Positions 60,178 to 64,000 of a DNA stretch of 64,000 nt are shown one piece after another; the stretch's first letter is position 1; each line of letters starts with the position of its first letter. The stretch lies in the NCBI RefSeq assembly GCF_009914755.1, contig NC_060934.1, one strand, 5' to 3'. The translations under genes and the position numbers were made by a program. A model generated the notes under the pieces. It was not told the origin of the DNA. It saw only the letters and a program-made list of their open reading frames with translations, and did not search any database. Source of the DNA: the human T2T-CHM13v2.0 reference genome, Homo sapiens.

Positions 60178-61217
60178 CTGTAAGAAAATACCCAAGATAA
60201 CTAAAAAAGTAATGTGCAACTAGATTTAAGATCTCCTGCTGTGAGATAGTTGAAACTCGATGGACATACAGTCTGCTGTAACACACAGTGGCAAAGTGCA
60301 CAGGGCAAAATGGCTCTGTGCAATAGACTACATATTGGCTCAATAAGGGCAATGTAAACTTTGAAAAGAAAAAAAGGTTAACATTCAACAGATCAGGATA
60401 TTTTTCAGGGTGTCTGTCATTTTTGAGCCCTTAAAATCATAAGAGTATAAACAATAAATGACAATATAAAAGAAATATAGTGAAAAATGCAAAAGAAGCT
60501 TGACAAAACAACAAAGTCAATTTTACAATAAAACAGGAGAATCATTAAAACTTTTATTTTTATACTCAGGTTCATCAAGATACTTCCTTAAAATGATTAA
60601 ATATATTAAGCAAATATAATTTCTCAAATCCAGATATTCAATTGCCTATAACAGAATTTTTACCATGGGTAAATTTTATCAGTAGTTAAAAGTTTGAATC
60701 AGTATAAAAGATAATGTGATCTCACTTTAAAAGTATTCAAAAAAATATAAAACTTGCTATATATTAGACTTGTATTCAACCATGACACCATGAAGAGTTA
60801 ACAACTGAAGTATTCATAAAGCACATTGTTAAGATTATTTTTTTCCTTAAAAGGAAGTTTTATAGTGTGTGCTGCAAAGGAGGGCTCCAATATTAAGATG
60901 TTTGTACAACATTTTAGAGAACATTAACTATTGTAGGCTGAGTTTCAACTACTATTTATGGAATAAAAGAAAAGCAGAAGGTAAAAATAAGAAAAAGAAA
61001 AACATAAAACATTCCTTGTGCATATACTCATGTAGAGCAACAAGAAAAAGATTTATTCCACAGTAATAAAATATTATATATATGAATATACATATGAATG
61101 AATAAAATATATATTCATGGCCAGTTGAATGCATAAAATTATTCTAATGTTCTCAAAGTATTAAACAATTTTAGTTAAAAGTTTTAAAGTGTTTTAGCTT
61201 TAAAACATGCATAGTAC

Positions 61218-61275
61218 CTGCACATCCTCTGCAGTCTGTAACACAGACCCTGTCCCTTCTATGTAGCTTCCATAT
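61218..61275 (-). CDS. TRDMT1: TRDMT1 coding exon (58 nt)
   Basis: tcag|A TAT GGA...GTG CAG|GTACT; YGSYIEGTGSVLQTAEDVQ. Confidence 0.94.
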
Positions 61276-61478
61276 CTGAAAAATCAACACAACAATTATG
61301 CAGCACCTGATGTATGTGTTAATGCTAAATTTCTTAAATATTTATTGAATGAATTAATCAATCTACACAGTTACATCCTTCTGAAATATCTTGAATAATG
61401 TCACATAAATATCCTTTGTAGGTAAAAAATTACTAGGTAAAAGACATAATATAGTTTCATTTAAACGTCTCATCAATG

Positions 61479-61849
<371 letters not shown>

Positions 61850-62671
61850 TCATTTCTTTTTATTAATTGTCTTGTCTTGAATGTTCATCACTGGAAAGGA
61901 TGCACTTTATATTCAAATATAATTCAATATTGGCTCCCTTGCCACATTAACCTAAATGTTGTACAGGTGAAAAGAAATTGCTGCCATTTTTATCAGGCCT
62001 GAACCATCATTTCCTCTCAGGAACCCACCGCCCTGCTCTCTAACACCACAGCAAACACAGTGCCACTGATCCTATGTCTGCTTGTCATTTAACACAGTAT
62101 GATTTTATGATCACTTTCATACAACAATCAGACCATTATATAAAAAACTCCATAGAAAGTATAAAACACTTCAGAAATGCAAGTCATTAGCAGTATTTCT
62201 CTCTCTAAGATTATTGCCAAGCTGGCTGTTCAACATATTAGCATTATTTCTTTTTCACAAAGAAAACAGTTTAAAATAAGAATTAGAGGGAAAAAGTCAA
62301 ACCAGGAAAAAAATAATTTTTTTCAAACTGTCTTTTTCATATATATTACACATATAAATACGTGTGTATATACACACAGTATCTATACCAAAATAAATTT
62401 TACCATCAGGCTCCTTTTATGCCATCTTTATAATTAGAAAAGAATTTCAAGGTTGTTTTTTATTACAAAATTGCTAAGTCTTATTTTATGAGAGTCCTAA
62501 ACAGAACCTATTGAACTTGGTAATTGACAACAGCCCAGTGAAGTCTTTCAAGATAATGGAAAGCAATAAACTCTTTCCCCTGAAGTACAAGGGCAGAGTA
62601 TAATAAATTCAGAATGACTCTGGTATGGTTCTACTGGGGTACAGTGTATCATACAAGATATTAATAGCTAG

Positions 62672-63175
<504 letters not shown>

Positions 63176-63981
63176 TAAATGTTCATGAATAGGTAACCAG
63201 TAAAGTAAATTATATAATATACCTACACCATGAAAACAGAAAGTCCTTTAAGTACTGATATGCGATAATATTCTATTTATATTGTGCAGTGAAAAAAGGG
63301 GCATATATATAATATCCTGCCATTTACTTATAAAGGGGGATAAAATATACATGGATACTTAAATACACTTTCAGATACAATACCTCTGGAAGATTATACA
63401 GTAAACTGATATCATTGGTCACATGTGGGGAGAAGAACTGAATGGTCAAGAGACAGAAATGGAAGGGAGTCTTACAATCTTAGTTATCTTTTGAATTGGA
63501 AACCTTGGGCATATATTACTTATATAAAAACCTGAATAAAATTTAAATTTAAAAGTTACCCTAGTATTCTCCAGATGACTCAATATTACATCTTTAGTTT
63601 AAAATTTAATTTCTTATTATACATTGATCATAAGAGTGAACACTTGAGGTATGATGTGCCACAGAAGTGCTAAAGAATCAGCAAGTAATAGTCTACAGAA
63701 ACCATGTCTCCACTACGGGTATTTAAGCTCCTATGAAGGTCACCAAACAAATGACATTGTCTTTTATGAGCACTTTTGTGGGTGGTGCACATAATGTTCT
63801 GCCAAACGGAATTTTTACTTGTGTTCTACTGGAACATGAAGTAGGCAATTAAGGGAAAATACCTCATTCTAGCAAAAACATTTTATAAAATGCTCCTTGT
63901 TTTTAGAAGAACTTAAAGAAACAATAGCTTTAAAAAACCTGGTTATTTTGGATACAGGATGAATAGATCTTTAAAACCTAC

Positions 63982-64000
63982 CCTTTGGTAAAGCACACGG
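63982..64000 (-). CDS. TRDMT1: TRDMT1/DNMT2 3' end of an exon cut by the window edge (CFT motif of the target-recognition domain)
   Basis: CC GTG TGC TTT ACC AAA GG|GTAGGT = (S)VCFTKG, in frame with the next exon. Confidence 0.88.

Overview
Primate (most likely human, 10p13) genomic DNA. It holds the promoter and coding exons 1-14 of CUBN (cubilin) on the minus strand (ATG at 36297). These encode the signal/propeptide, coiled-coil N-terminus, 8 EGF domains and CUB1. All 14 exons have GT-AG boundaries and join in frame, giving c.1-1765. Upstream on the same strand is the 3' end of TRDMT1 (DNMT2): part of one exon plus three complete coding exons, stop at 55581, then a long repeat-rich 3' region. 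The rest is mostly Alu, L1, L2, MIR, LTR and DNA-transposon remnants. The most unusual observation is a ~95%-identical inverted copy of the body of CUBN exon 5 in intron 4 (32469-32563), which could pair with exon 5 in the pre-mRNA. Two further short insertions copied from nearby unique sequence interrupt Alus (24113-24167, 34087-34118), and there are several perfect fold-back hairpins. Together they suggest repeated local templated repair across the 5' part of CUBN. Repeat boundaries and subfamilies are by-eye estimates. Whether any finding is already described could not be checked.
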